DNA of 50,331 bases, from NCBI GenBank assembly GCA_051942205.1, contig JAVECO010000169.1:1-50331 (forward strand), read 5' to 3'. The stretch is from Coniocarpon cinnabarinum (Eukaryota). Positions 47,377-50,331 of the stretch are shown here, piece after piece. The translations under genes and the position numbers were made by a program. Position 1 is the first letter of the stretch; the number at the start of each line of letters is the position of its first letter. The notes below the pieces were generated by a model, which did not search any database, had not been told where the DNA came from, and was given only the letters and a program-made list of their open reading frames with translations.

Positions 47377-48225
47377 GTCTGGCACGAAAGACTCGAGGTT
47401 CGGGATGCTGGCTCCAAGAGAGAAAGCAATGAAGGTTATTCCATGCTACTACCTGAGATGTGTACCCTTGCCGGAGCGGAACCACCCCGCGCCCGCCGAC
47501 GTTCAGCGCGAAATCTTGGCACCACCCACATTGCACGTGTCTGCAGAGTGACGCCGTCTGCAAGCATGGATTCTACTCGGGAGCCTAGCTCAACTGTCGA
47601 GCCTCATTGCCTTGCATCAACGCCAACTTTATATGCATCACGAATCACGAGTCCAGTGGTCTCCTCGACTGGGACGATGGAGCTAGGATGGCGACGAGAC
47701 GAAACGGCCTCGAAGGCCCCCCACCCTTTCCGATCGCGGCGTGAGCGAAAACTTTGATACCAATGGGTCTGTCTGAAACGCTGTGCATGTACTCTAAAAG
47801 AAATGTCCAGATCAATACAGAGACACCAATGTATACTCTTGAGGAGAGCGAGAATTCAACGAGCGCCCTCCATTGTGCTCCGAAGTGCAGCGACAACCCG
47901 CAGTGAGATGACCCCTCCTGCGAGTTCGACGAGAGCTTCCTCCGCCAGCTCGGTCCTGAACTCCAATGCCGATGTCGATCTTGCTTCTCCCCACAGCTCT
48001 TTGACTTCTTCGTCATCTCCTGCTTTGAATCCCGCAAAACGCTCCTCTGCGACTAACACTGCTAACTCGCGTCTTTCACAACTTTCACGGCATCTGCCAC
48101 AAACGTCGCATTCCATCCTACAGCACGAGGACAATTCACGACAGTCTCGAGCAGTTGGAGCACATCTCCAGCAAACCAGACAACAGCACAACCATTCGTC
48201 AAACAACACCACCACCACCGCCACC

Positions 48226-49383
48226 ATGTCCTCTCAAGACCCCCATCCCAGCGTCATGATCCCCGGCCCCATCGAATACGACGACGCCGTGCTCCAATCC
48301 ATGTCTCACTTCTCCCAATCCCACGTCGGCGCCCCCTTCGTCGCCACCTTCGGCGAAACCCTCACCATGCTCCGCCGCGTGATGCAGACAAGCAACCCCC
48401 AATCCCAACCGTTCATCATATCCGGCTCCGGCACCCTCGGTTGGGATCAGGTCGCCGCCAACCTCGCCGAACCCGGCGACGAAGTGCTCGTCTTGCACAC
48501 CGGATACTTTGCGGATTCATTCGCCGATTGCTTCGAGACGTACGGCGCACAGCCCACGCAATTGAAAGCACCGATCGGCGACCGTCCGCAACTACCTGAC
48601 ATCGAAAAGGCATTGGCGTCCAAGAAATACAAAATGGTAACCGTCACGCACGTCGACACCAGCACGGGCGTCCTCTCCGAGATCCAAAACCTCTCCAAAC
48701 TCATCCGCCGCGTGAGTCCCGAGACCCTCTTAGTCGTCGACGGCGTCTGCAGCGTCGGCGGCGAACCCCTCGACTTCGACGCCTGGGACCTCGACGTCGT
48801 CATCACGGCCTCCCAGAAAGCCCTCGGCTGTCCCGCTGGATTATCCATCGTCATGGCCTCCCAGCGCGCCATCAACGTGCTCAAAGCCCGCAGAACGAAA
48901 CCGAATTCGTACTTCGCGAGTTGGGCCAATTGGCTGCCCATTATGCAAAATTACGAGGCCAAGAAACCAAGCTATTTCGCCACCCCCAGCCCCCAACTGA
49001 TCCACGCACTCCACACCGCCCTCTCCCAGATCCTGGCCCGTCCCTTAGAAGAGCGATTCAAGTTACATCGCGAAGCGAGCCAACGCGTGAAGAAGCGCGT
49101 CACGGAGCTCGGACTGAAACAACTCCCAAGCAATGAAGCCGACCAGGCTAACACCATGACGGCGATTTGGCTCCCCGAGGGCATGGTCGCGAGTGACTTC
49201 CTGCCCGGGGTGTTGCAGAAGGGCGTCGTGTTCGCGGGGGGACTGCACAAGGAGGTTGCGACGAGATACATTCGGTTTGGACATATGGGGGTGTCTGTGA
49301 CGGATGGGAAGATGGAACAGATTGAGAAGGCGCTGAAGGCTTTGGAGGAGCGGTTGGGGGAGGTGGGTTTTAAGAAGTCGTGA
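48226..49383 (+). CDS. AGX1: Alanine-glyoxylate aminotransferase (class V PLP enzyme); the frame is open upstream to ATGs at 47908 and 47803
   Basis: MIPGPIE, ISGSGTLGWD, VTHVDTSTGV, VVDGVCSVG, TASQKALG (PLP Lys), SYFATP, YIRFGHMG; gccaccATG at 48226. Confidence 0.93.
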   Translation: MSSQDPHPSVMIPGPIEYDDAVLQSMSHFSQSHVGAPFVATFGETLTMLRRVMQTSNPQSQPFIISGSGTLGWDQVAANLAEPGDEVLVLHTGYFADSFADCFETYGAQPTQLKAPIGDRPQLPDIEKALASKKYKMVTVTHVDTSTGVLSEIQNLSKLIRRVSPETLLVVDGVCSVGGEPLDFDAWDLDVVITASQKALGCPAGLSIVMASQRAINVLKARRTKPNSYFASWANWLPIMQNYEAKKPSYFATPSPQLIHALHTALSQILARPLEERFKLHREASQRVKKRVTELGLKQLPSNEADQANTMTAIWLPEGMVASDFLPGVLQKGVVFAGGLHKEVATRYIRFGHMGVSVTDGKMEQIEKALKALEERLGEVGFKKS

Positions 49384-49940
49384 GGGCGGGAGTGGTGATG
49401 GGGTGATGTTGGAGGAGATGGCGAGGATGAATGCGGTTGAGACTGGGGAGAGATCTGCATTCATCGATGTTGAGATGCGGTTATAGATGTGTACAGGAAC
49501 GAGTGTCATCAATAAGAGCACTTCATTCATCGATACCAGCGACTTCTTTCCATTTCGTTCTCCACATGATCTATTAACACCACTCCTCCGTTTTCCCTTG
49601 GACAACGAGTATGCATATCAGCCATTGCGTGTCTGAGCAATGAACAAAGGGTTTGAGTATCCAGTGGAGGAAGGGTGCCGAGTTCAGAGGAGTGTGACGT
49701 GGAGTTCACGCTGAATAAGATATTGTACTCATTTCAAGGATTCAATGGTATCTATGCACATCCCAATCCCCTAGCCGTATACCATACAAACACCAATGTA
49801 TCCATCTACGCCGACTCCAACACACCCATCAACCATGCCATCAACCATGCCATCCCAATCATGCCTCACATTCATACCCTCGTCTGCACCACCATCTCCC
49901 ATCACAATCTGCACTCCTCCATCCACCGCCCAACAGCCGC

Positions 49941-50331
49941 CTATCCAGAGCACATCACACAAGCCTCCTTGTTCTCAATGCTGCACTGCAAAACCTTATC
50001 CGCATAAATATCCTCCTCCCGCTTTTCCCCGTCCTTGTCTTCAGCCTGCTGTCCCCCAATATCCACCTTCTCCATCTTCGCATCCAATTGCTTGTCCTCT
50101 TCGGCCACAGGACTGGGACTGGTGGGTAGTTGCGCCGGACTGCCGTCGACTTGGTCCGCAGGGAAGGGCGGAGGTGGATTTGCTTCTTTGCGCGGGGATG
50201 TGCCGCCTTGGCCGGCGGAGGAAGCAATTGCAGCCATCATGTTCTTTGGTGCTGGTTTGACTGCTGTGGGCGCTGCTGGAGCAGGAGGTGCAGGGATGGA
50301 AGCGGGGGGCGAAGGGGAGGGTGTTTCTGCG
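49941..50331 (-). CDS. RNR1: Ribonucleotide reductase large subunit, C-terminal tail only (partial)
   Basis: Pro/Ala-rich C-terminal insertion ending DIYADKVLQCSIENKEACVMCSG*, the terminal CxxC redox motif of eukaryotic R1. Confidence 0.88.
   Translation of the reverse strand, partial: AETPSPSPPASIPAPPAPAAPTAVKPAPKNMMAAIASSAGQGGTSPRKEANPPPPFPADQVDGSPAQLPTSPSPVAEEDKQLDAKMEKVDIGGQQAEDKDGEKREEDIYADKVLQCSIENKEACVMCSG

Noticed and set aside
49381..49398. Cryptic PTS1 by readthrough of the AGX1 stop
   Set aside because: The context is TGA-G and the extension is GREW*, which is not SKL-like.

Overview
Eukaryotic DNA from a filamentous ascomycete (Pezizomycotina-type): short GT-AG introns, CTRAC-like branch sites and fungal housekeeping genes. 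Genes in order: partial MFS (ACS/Tna1-Dal5-like) permease, GPI10/PIG-B, EamA/DMT transporter, DHA2-type MFS efflux pump, palmitoylated casein kinase I (Yck-type), mitochondrial uL3 (MRPL9), 8-exon laccase-like multicopper oxidase, two hypothetical genes, RNase T2, COA1-like, a Pro-rich hypothetical, PHO81/nuc-2, CRM1, YPI1, Ecl1-family zinc protein, VPS29, AGX1 and the 3' end of RNR1. I found no tRNA, rRNA, CRISPR array or intact transposon. Most interesting observations: (1) AGX1 has a 141-codon in-frame N-terminal extension carrying a mitochondrial-presequence-like segment and an exact PTS2 (RLx5HL). (2) Two spliced micro-genes missed by the ORF track (75 aa at 25594-25880; 46 aa at 40509-40707). 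(3) A UGA-CUG stop on CRM1 followed by 40 protein-like codons. (4) A putative 5'UTR intron plus uORF pair on ecl1. (5) An 87-aa propeptide-like tail after the laccase DSGV terminus. (6) A PHO81 start codon split by an intron, with Pho4-type boxes upstream. (7) A ~200-bp degenerate tandem duplication in a gene-poor stretch. All assignments come from reading motifs by eye; no database searches were run.
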